Notes under the pieces: model-generated | Told to the model about the DNA's origin: nothing | The model's database searches: none | The model's input: the letters and a program-made list of their open reading frames with translations, nothing else | Made by a program: the position numbers and the translations under genes | Source: the human T2T-CHM13v2.0 reference genome, Homo sapiens | Strand: one strand, 5' to 3' | NCBI RefSeq assembly: GCF_009914755.1 | Contig: NC_060939.1 | Length of the DNA: 64,000 nt | Part shown: positions 10,301 to 24,600 of the stretch, piece after piece | Layout: each line of letters begins with the position of its first letter | Position numbering within the stretch: the first letter of the stretch is position 1

Positions 10301-12966
10301 ACTCACAGAGTTAAACCTATCTTATGATTGACCAGTTTTGGAACACTCTTTTCATAGGATCTGCAAGTGGATATTTGGCGTGCTTTGAGGCCTATCGTGG
10401 AAAAGCAAATAACTTCAGATAAAAACTATACAGAAGCATTCTGAGAAACTTCTTTGTGATGTGTGCATTGATCTCACAGAGTTGAAAGTGTATTTTGATT
10501 GAGCAGTTTTGAAACACTCTTTTTGTAGAATCTGCAAGTGGATAATTGGGGAGATTTGAGGTATATTGTGGAAAAGCAAGTATCTTCATATAAAAACTAT
10601 ACAGAAGCTTTCTGAGAAACATCTTTGTGAGGTTTGCATTCAACTCACAGAGCTGGAACTATCTTTTGAGTGACCAGTTTTGAATCTCTCTTTTTGTACA
10701 ATCTGCAAGTGGATATTTGGAGCGTTTTGAGGCCTACATTTGAAAATCAAATATCTTCCCTTAAAAGCTACACAGAAACATTCTCAGAAATTGTTTGTCA
10801 TGTGTGCTTTCAAATTACCAAGTTGAACCTACCTTGTGATTGAGCAGTTTTGAATCTCTCTTTTTGTGGAATCTGCAAGTGGATATTTTTAGCCATTTGC
10901 GGACTGTGGTGGAAAAGGAATTATCTTCAAATCCATTCTACACAGAAGCATTCAGACAAACTTTTTGTGATGAGTGCATTGGTCACACAGAATTGAACCT
11001 CTCCTTTGATTGAGCAATTCTGAAACACTCTTTCAGAGGGTCTGCAAGTGGATATTTTAGAGCTTTGGGACAATTGTGGAAAAGTAAATATCTTCACATA
11101 GAAACTACACGGAAGCATTCTGAGAAACTTCTTTGGAGGTGTGCATTCAACTCACAGAGTTGAACCTATCTTTTCATTGAGCAGTTTTGAATCTCTCTTT
11201 TTGTAGACTCTGCTTGCAGATACTTGGAGAGCTTTGAGGCCTATTGTGGAAAAGGAATCATCTTCACATAAAAACACACAGAAGCACTCTGAGAAACTTC
11301 TTTGTGAAGTGTGCATTCAACTCACAGAGTTGAACCTATCTTTTGATTGAGAAGCTTTGAATCTCTCTTTTTGTAGAAGCTGCATGTGGATATTTGGAGA
11401 CGTTTGTGGCCTATGGTAGAAAAGGCAATATCTTCAAATAAAAACTAGACAGAAGCATTTTGAGAAATTTCTCTGTGCTGTGTGCATTCATATCACATGG
11501 TTGAAACTACCTTTTGGTTGAGCAGTTTTGAATCTCTCTTTTTGTAACATCTGCAATGGATATTTGGAGCCCTTTGTGGTCTGTGGTGGAAAAGGAACTA
11601 TCCTCAAATAAAAACTACACAGAAGTATTCCGAGAAACTTCCTTGTGATGTGTGCATTCATCTCACAGGGTTGAACCTTTGGTTTGATTGAGCAGTTTTG
11701 AGACAATCTTTCCATAGAATCTGGAAGTGAATATTTGGAGAACCTTGAGATCTATTTTGGAGAAGGAGATATCTTTATATGAAAACTGCACAGAAGCATT
11801 CTGAGAAACATCTTTGTGAGGTGTGCAATGAAGTCACAGAGTTGAAACTATGTTTTGATTCAGCAGTTTTGAGTCTCTCTTTTTGCAGAATCTGCGAGTG
11901 GATATCTGGAGAACTTGGAGGCCTATTTGGAAAAGGAAATATCTTCACATATAAACTATGCAGAAGCATTTTGAGATTCTTCTTTGTGAGGTGTGCATGC
12001 AACTCACAGAGTTGAACTTATCTTTTCCTTGAGCACTTTCATATCTCATTTTCTGTAGAATCTGCAAGTGGATATTTGGAGCTCTTTGCACCCTGTGGTG
12101 GAAAGGGAACTATCTTCATATAAAAACTACAAAGAAGCATTCAGAGAAACTTCTTGTGATGAATGCATTCCTCACACAGAGCTGAACCTTTCTTTTTATG
12201 GAGCAGTATTGAAACGCTCTTTTTGCAGAATCACCAAGTGGATATTTGGAGAGCTTTGGGGCCTGTTTTGGAAAATGAAATATCTTCAAAGTAAAACTAC
12301 ACAGAACCATTCTGAGAAACTTCTTTATGATGTGTGCATTCAACTCTCAGAGTTGAACCTACCTTATGATTGAGCAATTTGGAAACACTCTTTTTGTAGA
12401 GCCTGCAAGTGGATATTTAGAACGATTTGAGGCCTATTGTGGAAAAGCAAATATCTTCACATAAAAACTACACAGAAGCATTCTGAGAAACTTCTTTGGC
12501 ATGTGTGCATTCAACTAACAGTGTTGAACGTATCTTTTGATTGAGCAGCTTAGAATCTCTCTTTTTGTAGAAAATGCAAGTAGATATTTGGAGCCCCATT
12601 TTGCCCTATGGTAGAAAACAAAACATCTTCACATAAAATCTACACAGAAGCATTCTGAGAAACTTCTTTGTGATGTTTGCATTGAACTCCCAGAGTCGAA
12701 CCTATCTTTTGATAGAGCACTTTTGTATCTCTCTTTTTGCGGAATCTGCAAGTGGATATTTGGAAAGCTTGAGGCCTATTGTGAAAAAGGAAATATCTTC
12801 ACATAAAAACTACAGAGAAGCATTCTGAGAAACTTCTTTGTGAGGCATGGATTCAACCCACAGAGTTGGACTTGTCATTGAGCAGTTTTGAATCTCTCTT
12901 TTTGTCGAATCTGCAAGTGGATATTTGGAGCCCTTTGCAACCTAGGGTGGAAAAGGAAATACCTTC
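4323..12966 (+). repeat. HOR copies 2-3 (4322 bp each), identical at all markers scored
   Basis: Both carry CATGCAG, GTTCAAC with the T6 run, CTACGCGG and GACTTGTC. Confidence 0.9.
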
Positions 12967-15900
12967 AAATAAAAACTATATAGAAGCATTCCGTAAAACT
13001 TCTTTGTGACGTGTGCATTCGTCTCACAGAGTTGAACCTATCTAATGATTGAGCGGTTTTGAAACACTCATTTTGTAGAACCTGCAAGTGGATATTGGGA
13101 GTACTTTGTGGCCTTCTTTGGAAAAGGGAATATCTTCACATAAAAACTACAAAGAAGCATTCTGAGAAACTTCTTTGTGATGTGTGCATTCATCTCACAG
13201 TGTTGGACGTTTCTTTTGATAGGGCAGTTTTGAAACACTCTTTTTCTAGAATCTGCAAGTGGATATTTGGAGCGCTTTGAGGCCTAATGTGGAAAATCAA
13301 ATATCTTCACATAAAAACTACACAGAGGCATTCTGAGAAACTTCTTTTTTGTGTGTGCATTCAACTCACATAGTTGAAGTAATCTTTGGATTTAGCTGTT
13401 TTGAATCTCCTTTTTGCAGAATCTGCAAGTTGATACTTGGAGCCCTGTTTCACCCTATAGTGGAAAAGCAAATGTCTTCACATAAACAAACCCTACAGAG
13501 AAGCATTCAGAGAAAGTCCTTTGTGATGTGTGCATTGAACATGCAGAGTTGACACTATCTTTTGATTGTACAGTTTTGAATACGTCTTTTTGTAGAATCT
13601 GCAAGTGGAAGTTTGGAGCTGTTTGCACCCTGTGGTGTAAAAGGAAATATCTTCATATAAAAGCTACACAGAAGCATTCAGAAAGACTTCTTTGTGATGA
13701 ATGCGTTCCTCACACAGAGTTGAATCTTCCTTTTTATTGAGTAGTATTGAAACCCTCTTTTTGCAGAATAACCAGGTGGATATTTGGAGAGCTTTGAGGC
13801 CTGTTTTGGAAAAGGAAATATCTTCAAATTAAAACCACACAGAAGCATTCTGAGAAGCTTCTTTGTGATGTGTGCATTCAACTCTCAGAGTTGAACGTGT
13901 CTTATGATGGAGCAGTTTGGAAACACTCTTTTTGTAGAAACTGCAAGTGGATATGTAGAGCGATTTGAGGCCTACTGTGGAAAAGCAAATATCTTCACAT
14001 AACAACTACACAGAAGCACTCCTAGAAACTTCTTTGTGATGTGTGAATTCAACTCACAGAGCTGACCCTATCTTTTGATGGAGTAGCTTAGAATCTCTCT
14101 TTTTTTAGAATCTGCACGTGGATATTTGGAGCGCTTTGAGACCTAAAGTGGAAAAGCAAATATCTTCACATAAAATCTACATAGAGGCACTCTAAGAAAC
14201 TTCTTTTTGATGTGTGCATTCACCTCACAGAGCTGAACCGATCCTTCGAGTGACCAGTTTTGAATCTCTCTTTTTATACAATCTGCAAGTGGATATTTGG
14301 AGCCCTTTGCAGCCTATGGTGGAAAAGGAAATATCTTCAAATAAAAACTACACAGAAGCATTCTGAGTCCCTATTTTGGAAAAGAAAATATCTTCACTTA
14401 AACAACTACGCAGAAATACTGTGAGAAACTTCTTTGTTATGTGAGCATTCAACTCACAGAGTTGAACCTATCTTTTGATTGAGCAGTTTTGAATCTCTCA
14501 TTTTGCAGAATCTGCAAGGGGATATTTGGAGCCCTTTGCGGCCTATGGTGGAAAAGGAAATACCTTCAAATGAAAAGCACACAGAGGCATTCTGAGAAAC
14601 TTCCTCGTGATTGTGCATTCAACTCACAGAGTTAAACCTATCTTATGATTGACCAGTTTTGGAACACTCTTTTCATAGGATCTGCAAGTGGATATTTGGC
14701 GTGCTTTGAGGCCTATCGTGGAAAAGCAAATAACTTCAGATAAAAACTATACAGAAGCATTCTGAGAAACTTCTTTGTGATGTGTGCATTGATCTCACAG
14801 AGTTGAAAGTGTATTTTGATTGAGCAGTTTTGAAACACTCTTTTTGTAGAATCTGCAAGTGGATAATTGGGGAGATTTGAGGTATATTGTGGAAAAGCAA
14901 GTATCTTCATATAAAAACTATACAGAAGCTTTCTGAGAAACATCTTTGTGAGGTTTGCATTCAACTCACAGAGCTGGAACTATCTTTTGAGTGACCAGTT
15001 TTGAATCTCTCTTTTTGTACAATCTGCAAGTGGATATTTGGAGCGTTTTGAGGCCTACATTTGAAAATCAAATATCTTCCCTTAAAAGCTACACAGAAAC
15101 ATTCTCAGAAATTGTTTGTCATGTGTGCTTTCAAATTACCAAGTTGAACCTACCTTGTGATTGAGCAGTTTTGAATCTCTCTTTTTGTGGAATCTGCAAG
15201 TGGATATTTTTAGCCATTTGCGGACTGTGGTGGAAAAGGAATTATCTTCAAATCCATTCTACACAGAAGCATTCAGACAAACTTTTTGTGATGAGTGCAT
15301 TGGTCACACAGAATTGAACCTCTCCTTTGATTGAGCAATTCTGAAACACTCTTTCAGAGGGTCTGCAAGTGGATATTTTAGAGCTTTGGGACAATTGTGG
15401 AAAAGTAAATATCTTCACATAGAAACTACACGGAAGCATTCTGAGAAACTTCTTTGGAGGTGTGCATTCAACTCACAGAGTTGAACCTATCTTTTCATTG
15501 AGCAGTTTTGAATCTCTCTTTTTGTAGACTCTGCTTGCAGATATTTGGAGAGCTTTGAGGCCTATTGTGGAAAAGGAATCATCTTCACATAAAAACACAC
15601 AGAAGCACTCTGAGAAACTTCTTTGTGAAGTGTGCATTCAACTCACAGAGTTGAACCTATCTTTTGATTGAGAAGCTTTGAATCTCTCTTTTTGTAGAAG
15701 CTGCATGTGGATATTTGGAGACGTTTGTGGCCTATGGTAGAAAAGGCAATATCTTCAAATAAAAACTAGACAGAAGCATTTTGAGAAATTTCTCTGTGCT
15801 GTGTGCATTCATATCACATGGTTGAAACTACCTTTTGGTTGAGCAGTTTTGAATCTCTCTTTTTGTAACATCTGCAATGGATATTTGGAGCCCTTTGTGG

Positions 15901-17287
15901 TCTGTGGTGGAAAAGGAACTATCCTCAAATAAAAACTACACAGAAGTATTCCGAGAAACTTCCTTGTGATGTGTGCATTCATCTCACAGGGTTGAACCTT
16001 TGGTTTGATTGAGCAGTTTTGAGACAATCTTTCCATAGAATCTGGAAGTGAATATTTGGAGAACCTTGAGATCTATTTTGGAGAAGGAGATATCTTTATA
16101 TGAAAACTGCACAGAAGCATTCTGAGAAACATCTTTGTGAGGTGTGCAATGAAGTCACAGAGTTGAAACTATGTTTTGATTCAGCAGTTTTGAGTCTCTC
16201 TTTTTGCAGAATCTGCGAGTGGATATCTGGAGAACTTGGAGGCCTATTTGGAAAAGGAAATATCTTCACATATAAACTATGCAGAAGCATTTTGAGATTC
16301 TTCTTTGTGAGGTGTGCATGCAACTCACAGAGTTGAACTTATCTTTTCCTTGAGCACTTTCATATCTCATTTTCTGTAGAATCTGCAAGTGGATATTTGG
16401 AGCTCTTTGCACCCTGTGGTGGAAAGGGAACTATCTTCATATAAAAACTACAAAGAAGCATTCAGAGAAACTTCTTGTGATGAATGCATTCCTCACACAG
16501 AGCTGAACCTTTCTTTTTATGGAGCAGTATTGAAACGCTCTTTTTGCAGAATCACCAAGTGGATATTTGGAGAGCTTTGGGGCCTGTTTTGGAAAATGAA
16601 ATATCTTCAAAGTAAAACTACACAGAACCATTCTGAGAAACTTCTTTATGATGTGTGCATTCAACTCTCAGAGTTGAACCTACCTTATGATTGAGCAATT
16701 TGGAAACACTCTTTTTGTAGAGCCTGCAAGTGGATATTTAGAACGATTTGAGGCCTATTGTGGAAAAGCAAATATCTTCACATAAAAACTACACAGAAGC
16801 ATTCTGAGAAACTTCTTTGGCATGTGTGCATTCAACTAACAGTGTTGAACGTATCTTTTGATTGAGCAGCTTAGAATCTCTCTTTTTGTAGAAAATGCAA
16901 GTAGATATTTGGAGCCCCATTTTGCCCTATGGTAGAAAACAAAACATCTTCACATAAAATCTACACAGAAGCATTCTGAGAAACTTCTTTGTGATGTTTG
17001 CATTGAACTCCCAGAGTCGAACCTATCTTTTGATAGAGCACTTTTGTATCTCTCTTTTTGCGGAATCTGCAAGTGGATATTTGGAAAGCTTGAGGCCTAT
17101 TGTGAAAAAGGAAATATCTTCACATAAAAACTACAGAGAAGCATTCTGAGAAACTTCTTTGTGAGGCATGGATTCAACCCACAGAGTTGGACTTGTCATT
17201 GAGCAGTTTTGAATCTCTCTTTTTGTCGAATCTGCAAGTGGATATTTGGAGCCCTTTGCAACCTAGGGTGGAAAAGGAAATACCTTC
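12967..17287 (+). repeat. HOR copy 4 (4321-bp variant)
   Basis: T5 run near 13930, G at 13815, G at 13893, C at 14066; private SNVs at 14311 and 15544. Confidence 0.9.
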
Positions 17288-20200
17288 AAATAAAAACTAT
17301 ATAGAAGCATTCCGTAAAACTTCTTTGTGACGTGTGCATTCGTCTCACAGAGTTGAACCTATCTAATGATTGAGCGGTTTTGAAACACTCATTTTGTAGA
17401 ACCTGCAAGTGGATATTGGGAGTACTTTGTGGCCTTCTTTGGAAAAGGGAATATCTTCACATAAAAACTACAAAGAAGCATTCTGAGAAACTTCTTTGTG
17501 ATGTGTGCATTCATCTCACAGTGTTGGACGTTTCTTTTGATAGGGCAGTTTTGAAACACTCTTTTTCTAGAATCTGCAAGTGGATATTTGGAGCGCTTTG
17601 AGGCCTAATGTGGAAAATCAAATATCTTCACATAAAAACTACACAGAGGCATTCTGAGAAACTTCTTTTTTGTGTGTGCATTCAACTCACATAGTTGAAG
17701 TAATCTTTGGATTTAGCTGTTTTGAATCTCCTTTTTGCAGAATCTGCAAGTTGATACTTGGAGCCCTGTTTCACCCTATAGTGGAAAAGCAAATGTCTTC
17801 ACATAAACAAACCCTACAGAGAAGCATTCAGAGAAAGTCCTTTGTGATGTGTGCATTGAACATGCACAGTTGACACTATCTTTTGATTGTACAGTTTTGA
17901 ATACGTCTTTTTGTAGAATCTGCAAGTGGAAGTTTGGAGCTGTTTGCACCCTGTGGTGTAAAAGGAAATATCTTCATATAAAAGCTACACAGAAGCATTC
18001 AGAAAGACTTCTTTGTGATGAATGCGTTCCTCACACAGAGTTGAATCTTCCTTTTTATTGAGTAGTATTGAAACCCTCTTTTTGCAGAATAACCAGGTGG
18101 ATATTTGGAGAGCTTTGAGGCCTGTTTTGGAAAAGCAAATATCTTCAAATTAAAACCACACAGAAGCATTCTGAGAAGCTTCTTTGTGATGTGTGCATTC
18201 AACTCTCAGAGTTCAACGTGTCTTATGATGGAGCAGTTTGGAAACACTCTTTTTTGTAGAAACTGCAAGTGGATATGTAGAGCGATTTGAGGCCTACTGT
18301 GGAAAAGCAAATATCTTCACATAACAACTACACAGAAGCACTCCTAGAAACTTCTTTGTGATGTGTGAATTCAACTCACAGAGCTGAACCTATCTTTTGA
18401 TGGAGTAGCTTAGAATCTCTCTTTTTTTAGAATCTGCACGTGGATATTTGGAGCGCTTTGAGACCTAAAGTGGAAAAGCAAATATCTTCACATAAAATCT
18501 ACATAGAGGCACTCTAAGAAACTTCTTTTTGATGTGTGCATTCACCTCACAGAGCTGAACCGATCCTTCGAGTGACCAGTTTTGAATCTCTCTTTTTATA
18601 CAATCTGCAAGTGGATATTTGGAGCCCTTTGCGGCCTATGGTGGAAAAGGAAATATCTTCAAATAAAAACTACACAGAAGCATTCTGAGTCCCTATTTTG
18701 GAAAAGAAAATATCTTCACTTAAACAACTACGCAGAAATACTGTGAGAAACTTCTTTGTTATGTGAGCATTCAACTCACAGAGTTGAACCTATCTTTTGA
18801 TTGAGCAGTTTTGAATCTCTCATTTTGCAGAATCTGCAAGGGGATATTTGGAGCCCTTTGCGGCCTATGGTGGAAAAGGAAATACCTTCAAATGAAAAGC
18901 ACACAGAGGCATTCTGAGAAACTTCCTCGTGATTGTGCATTCAACTCACAGAGTTAAACCTATCTTATGATTGACCAGTTTTGGAACACTCTTTTCATAG
19001 GATCTGCAAGTGGATATTTGGCGTGCTTTGAGGCCTATCGTGGAAAAGCAAATAACTTCAGATAAAAACTATACAGAAGCATTCTGAGAAACTTCTTTGT
19101 GATGTGTGCATTGATCTCACAGAGTTGAAAGTGTATTTTGATTGAGCAGTTTTGAAACACTCTTTTTGTAGAATCTGCAAGTGGATAATTGGGGAGATTT
19201 GAGGTATATTGTGGAAAAGCAAGTATCTTCATATAAAAACTATACAGAAGCTTTCTGAGAAACATCTTTGTGAGGTTTGCATTCAACTCACAGAGCTGGA
19301 ACTATCTTTTGAGTGACCAGTTTTGAATCTCTCTTTTTGTACAATCTGCAAGTGGATATTTGGAGCGTTTTGAGGCCTACATTTGAAAATCAAATATCTT
19401 CCCTTAAAAGCTACACAGAAACATTCTCAGAAATTGTTTGTCATGTGTGCTTTCAAATTACCAAGTTGAACCTACCTTGTGATTGAGCAGTTTTGAATCT
19501 CTCTTTTTGTGGAATCTGCAAGTGGATATTTTTAGCCATTTGCGGACTGTGGTGGAAAAGGAATTATCTTCAAATCCATTCTACACAGAAGCATTCAGAC
19601 AAACTTTTTGTGATGAGTGCATTGGTCACACAGAATTGAACCTCTCCTTTGATTGAGCAATTCTGAAACACTCTTTCAGAGGGTCTGCAAGTGGATATTT
19701 TAGAGCTTTGGGACAATTGTGGAAAAGTAAATATCTTCACATAGAAACTACACGGAAGCATTCTGAGAAACTTCTTTGGAGGTGTGCATTCAACTCACAG
19801 AGTTGAACCTATCTTTTCATTGAGCAGTTTTGAATCTCTCTTTTTGTAGACTCTGCTTGCAGATACTTGGAGAGCTTTGAGGCCTATTGTGGAAAAGGAA
19901 TCATCTTCACATAAAAACACACAGAAGCACTCTGAGAAACTTCTTTGTGAAGTGTGCATTCAACTCACAGAGTTGAACCTATCTTTTGATTGAGAAGCTT
20001 TGAATCTCTCTTTTTGTAGAAGCTGCATGTGGATATTTGGAGACGTTTGTGGCCTATGGTAGAAAAGGCAATATCTTCAAATAAAAACTAGACAGAAGCA
20101 TTTTGAGAAATTTCTCTGTGCTGTGTGCATTCATATCACATGGTTGAAACTACCTTTTGGTTGAGCAGTTTTGAATCTCTCTTTTTGTAACATCTGCAAT

Positions 20201-21609
20201 GGATATTTGGAGCCCTTTGTGGTCTGTGGTGGAAAAGGAACTATCCTCAAATAAAAACTACACAGAAGTATTCCGAGAAACTTCCTTGTGATGTGTGCAT
20301 TCATCTCACAGGGTTGAACCTTTGGTTTGATTGAGCAGTTTTGAGACAATCTTTCCATAGAATCTGGAAGTGAATATTTGGAGAACCTTGAGATCTATTT
20401 TGGAGAAGGAGATATCTTTATATGAAAACTGCACAGAAGCATTCTGAGAAACATCTTTGTGAGGTGTGCAATGAAGTCACAGAGTTGAAACTATGTTTTG
20501 ATTCAGCAGTTTTGAGTCTCTCTTTTTGCAGAATCTGCGAGTGGATATCTGGAGAACTTGGAGGCCTATTTGGAAAAGGAAATATCTTCACATATAAACT
20601 ATGCAGAAGCATTTTGAGATTCTTCTTTGTGAGGTGTGCATGCAACTCACAGAGTTGAACTTATCTTTTCCTTGAGCACTTTCATATCTCATTTTCTGTA
20701 GAATCTGCAAGTGGATATTTGGAGCTCTTTGCACCCTGTGGTGGAAAGGGAACTATCTTCATATAAAAACTACAAAGAAGCATTCAGAGAAACTTCTTGT
20801 GATGAATGCATTCCTCACACAGAGCTGAACCTTTCTTTTTATGGAGCAGTATTGAAACGCTCTTTTTGCAGAATCACCAAGTGGATATTTGGAGAGCTTT
20901 GGGGCCTGTTTTGGAAAATGAAATATCTTCAAAGTAAAACTACACAGAACCATTCTGAGAAACTTCTTTATGATGTGTGCATTCAACTCTCAGAGTTGAA
21001 CCTACCTTATGATTGAGCAATTTGGAAACACTCTTTTTGTAGAGCCTGCAAGTGGATATTTAGAACGATTTGAGGCCTATTGTGGAAAAGCAAATATCTT
21101 CACATAAAAACTACACAGAAGCATTCTGAGAAACTTCTTTGGCATGTGTGCATTCAACTAACAGTGTTGAACGTATCTTTTGATTGAGCAGCTTAGAATC
21201 TCTCTTTTTGTAGAAAATGCAAGTAGATATTTGGAGCCCCATTTTGCCCTATGGTAGAAAACAAAACATCTTCACATAAAATCTACACAGAAGCATTCTG
21301 AGAAACTTCTTTGTGATGTTTGCATTGAACTCCCAGAGTCGAACCTATCTTTTGATAGAGCACTTTTGTATCTCTCTTTTTGCGGAATCTGCAAGTGGAT
21401 ATTTGGAAAGCTTGAGGCCTATTGTGAAAAAGGAAATATCTTCACATAAAAACTACAGAGAAGCATTCTGAGAAACTTCTTTGTGAGGCATGGATTCAAC
21501 CCACAGAGTTGGACTTATCATTGAGCAGTTTTGAATCTCTCTTTTTGTCGAATCTGCAAGTGGATATTTGGAGCCCTTTGCAACCTAGGGTGGAAAAGGA
21601 AATACCTTC
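17288..21609 (+). repeat. HOR copy 5 (4322 bp)
   Basis: CATGCAC allele, T6 run, first occurrence of the GACTTATC allele (21517). Confidence 0.9.
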
Positions 21610-24600
21610 AAATAAAAACTATATAGAAGCATTCCGTAAAACTTCTTTGTGACGTGTGCATTCGTCTCACAGAGTTGAACCTATCTAATTATTGAGCGGT
21701 TTTGAAACACTCATTTTGTAGAACCTGCAAGTGGATATTGGGAGTACTTTGTGGCCTTCTTTGGAAAAGGGAATATCTTCACATAAAAACTACAAAGAAG
21801 CATTCTGAGAAACTTCTTTGTGATGTGTGCATTCATCTCACAGTGTTGGACGTTTCTTTTGATAGGGCAGTTTTGAAACACTCTTTTTCTAGAATCTGCA
21901 AGTGGATATTTGGAGCGCTTTGAGGCCTAATGTGGAAAATCAAATATCTTCACATAAAAACTACACAGAGGCATTCTGAGAAACTTCTTTTTTGTGTGTG
22001 CATTCAACTCACATAGTTGAAGTAATCTTTGGATTTAGCTGTTTTGAATCTCCTTTTTGCAGAATCTGCAAGTTGATACTTGGAGCCCTGTTTCACCCTA
22101 TAGTGGAAAAGCAAATATCTTCACATAAACAAACCCTACAGAGAAGCATTCAGAGAAAGTCCTTTGTGATGTGTGCATTGAACATGCAGAGTTGACACTA
22201 TCTTTTGATTGTACAGTTTTGAATACGTCTTTTTGTAGAATCTGCAAGTGGAAGTTTGGAGCTGTTTGCACCCTGTGGTGTAAAAGGAAATATCTTCATA
22301 TAAAAGCTACACAGAAGCATTCAGAAAGACTTCTTTGTGATGAATGCGTTCCTCACACAGAGTTGAATCTTCCTTTTTATTGAGTAGTATTGAAACCCTC
22401 TTTTTGCAGAATAACCAGGTGGATATTTGGAGAGCTTTGAGGCCTGTTTTGGAAAAGCAAATATCTTCAAATTAAAACCACACAGAAGCATTCTGAGAAG
22501 CTTCTTTGTGATGTGTGCATTCAACTCTCAGAGTTGAACGTGTCTTATGATGGAGCAGTTTGGAAACACTCTTTTTGTAGAAACTGCAAGTGGATATGTA
22601 GAGCGATTTGAGGCCTACTGTGGAAAAGCAAATATCTTCACATAACAACTACACAGAAGCACTCCTAGAAACTTCTTTGTGATGTGTGAATTCAACTCAC
22701 AGAGCTGAACCTATCTTTTGATGGAGTAGCTTAGAATCTCTCTTTTTTTAGAATCTGCACGTGGATATTTGGAGCGCTTTGAGACCTAAAGTGGAAAAGC
22801 AAATATCTTCACATAAAATCTACATAGAGGCACTCTAAGAAACTTCTTTTTGATGTGTGCATTCACCTCACAGAGCTGAACCGATCCTTCGAGTGACCAG
22901 TTTTGAATCTCTCTTTTTATACAATCTGCAAGTGGATATTTGGAGCCCTTTGCGGCCTATGGTGGAAAAGGAAATATCTTCAAATAAAAACTACACAGAA
23001 GCATTCTGAGTCCCTATTTTGGAAAAGAAAATATCTTCACTTAAACAACTACGCAGAAATACTGTGAGAAACTTCTTTGTTATGTGAGCATTCAACTCAC
23101 AGAGTTGAACCTATCTTTTGATTGAGCAGTTTTGAATCTCTCATTTTGCAGAATCTGCAAGGGGATATTTGGAGCCCTTTGCGGCCTATGGTGGAAAAGG
23201 AAATACCTTCAAATGAAAAGCACACAGAGGCATTCTGAGAAACTTCCTCGTGATTGTGCATTCAACTCACAGAGTTAAACCTATCTTATGATTGACCAGT
23301 TTTGGAACACTCTTTTCATAGGATCTGCAAGTGGATATTTGGCGTGCTTTGAGGCCTATCGTGGAAAAGCAAATAACTTCAGATAAAAACTATACAGAAG
23401 CATTCTGAGAAACTTCTTTGTGATGTGTGCATTGATCTCACAGAGTTGAAAGTGTATTTTGATTGAGCAGTTTTGAAACACTCTTTTTGTAGAATCTGCA
23501 AGTGGATAATTGGGGAGATTTGAGGTATATTGTGGAAAAGCAAGTATCTTCATATAAAAACTATACAGAAGCTTTCTGAGAAACATCTTTGTGAGGTTTG
23601 CATTCAACTCACAGAGCTGGAACTATCTTTTGAGTGACCAGTTTTGAATCTCTCTTTTTGTACAATCTGCAAGTGGATATTTGGAGCGTTTTGAGGCCTA
23701 CATTTGAAAATCAAATATCTTCCCTTAAAAGCTACACAGAAACATTCTCAGAAATTGTTTGTCATGTGTGCTTTCAAATTACCAAGTTGAACCTACCTTG
23801 TGATTGAGCAGTTTTGAATCTCTCTTTTTGTGGAATCTGCAAGTGGATATTTTTAGCCATTTGCGGACTGTGGTGGAAAAGGAATTATCTTCAAATCCAT
23901 TCTACACAGAAGCATTCAGACAAACTTTTTGTGATGAGTGCATTGGTCACACAGAATTGAACCTCTCCTTTGATTGAGCAATTCTGAAACACTCTTTCAG
24001 AGGGTCTGCAAGTGGATATTTTAGAGCTTTGGGACAATTGTGGAAAAGTAAATATCTTCACATAGAAACTACACGGAAGCATTCTGAGAAACTTCTTTGG
24101 AGGTGTGCATTCAACTCACAGAGTTGAACCTATCTTTTCATTGAGCAGTTTTGAATCTCTCTTTTTGTAGACTCTGCTTGCAGATACTTGGAGAGCTTTG
24201 AGGCCTATTGTGGAAAAGGAATCATCTTCACATAAAAACACACAGAAGCACTCTGAGAAACTTCTTTGTGAAGTGTGCATTCAACTCACAGAGTTGAACC
24301 TATCTTTTGATTGAGAAGCTTTGAATCTCTCTTTTTGTAGAAGCTGCATGTGGATATTTGGAGACGTTTGTGGCCTATGGTAGAAAAGGCAATATCTTCA
24401 AATAAAAACTAGACAGAAGCATTTTGAGAAATTTCTCTGTGCTGTGTGCATTCATATCACATGGTTGAAACTACCTTTTGGTTGAGCAGTTTTGAATCTC
24501 TCTTTTTGTAACATCTGCAATGGATATTTGGAGCCCTTTGTGGTCTGTGGTGGAAAAGGAACTATCCTCAAATAAAAACTACACAGAAGTATTCCGAGAA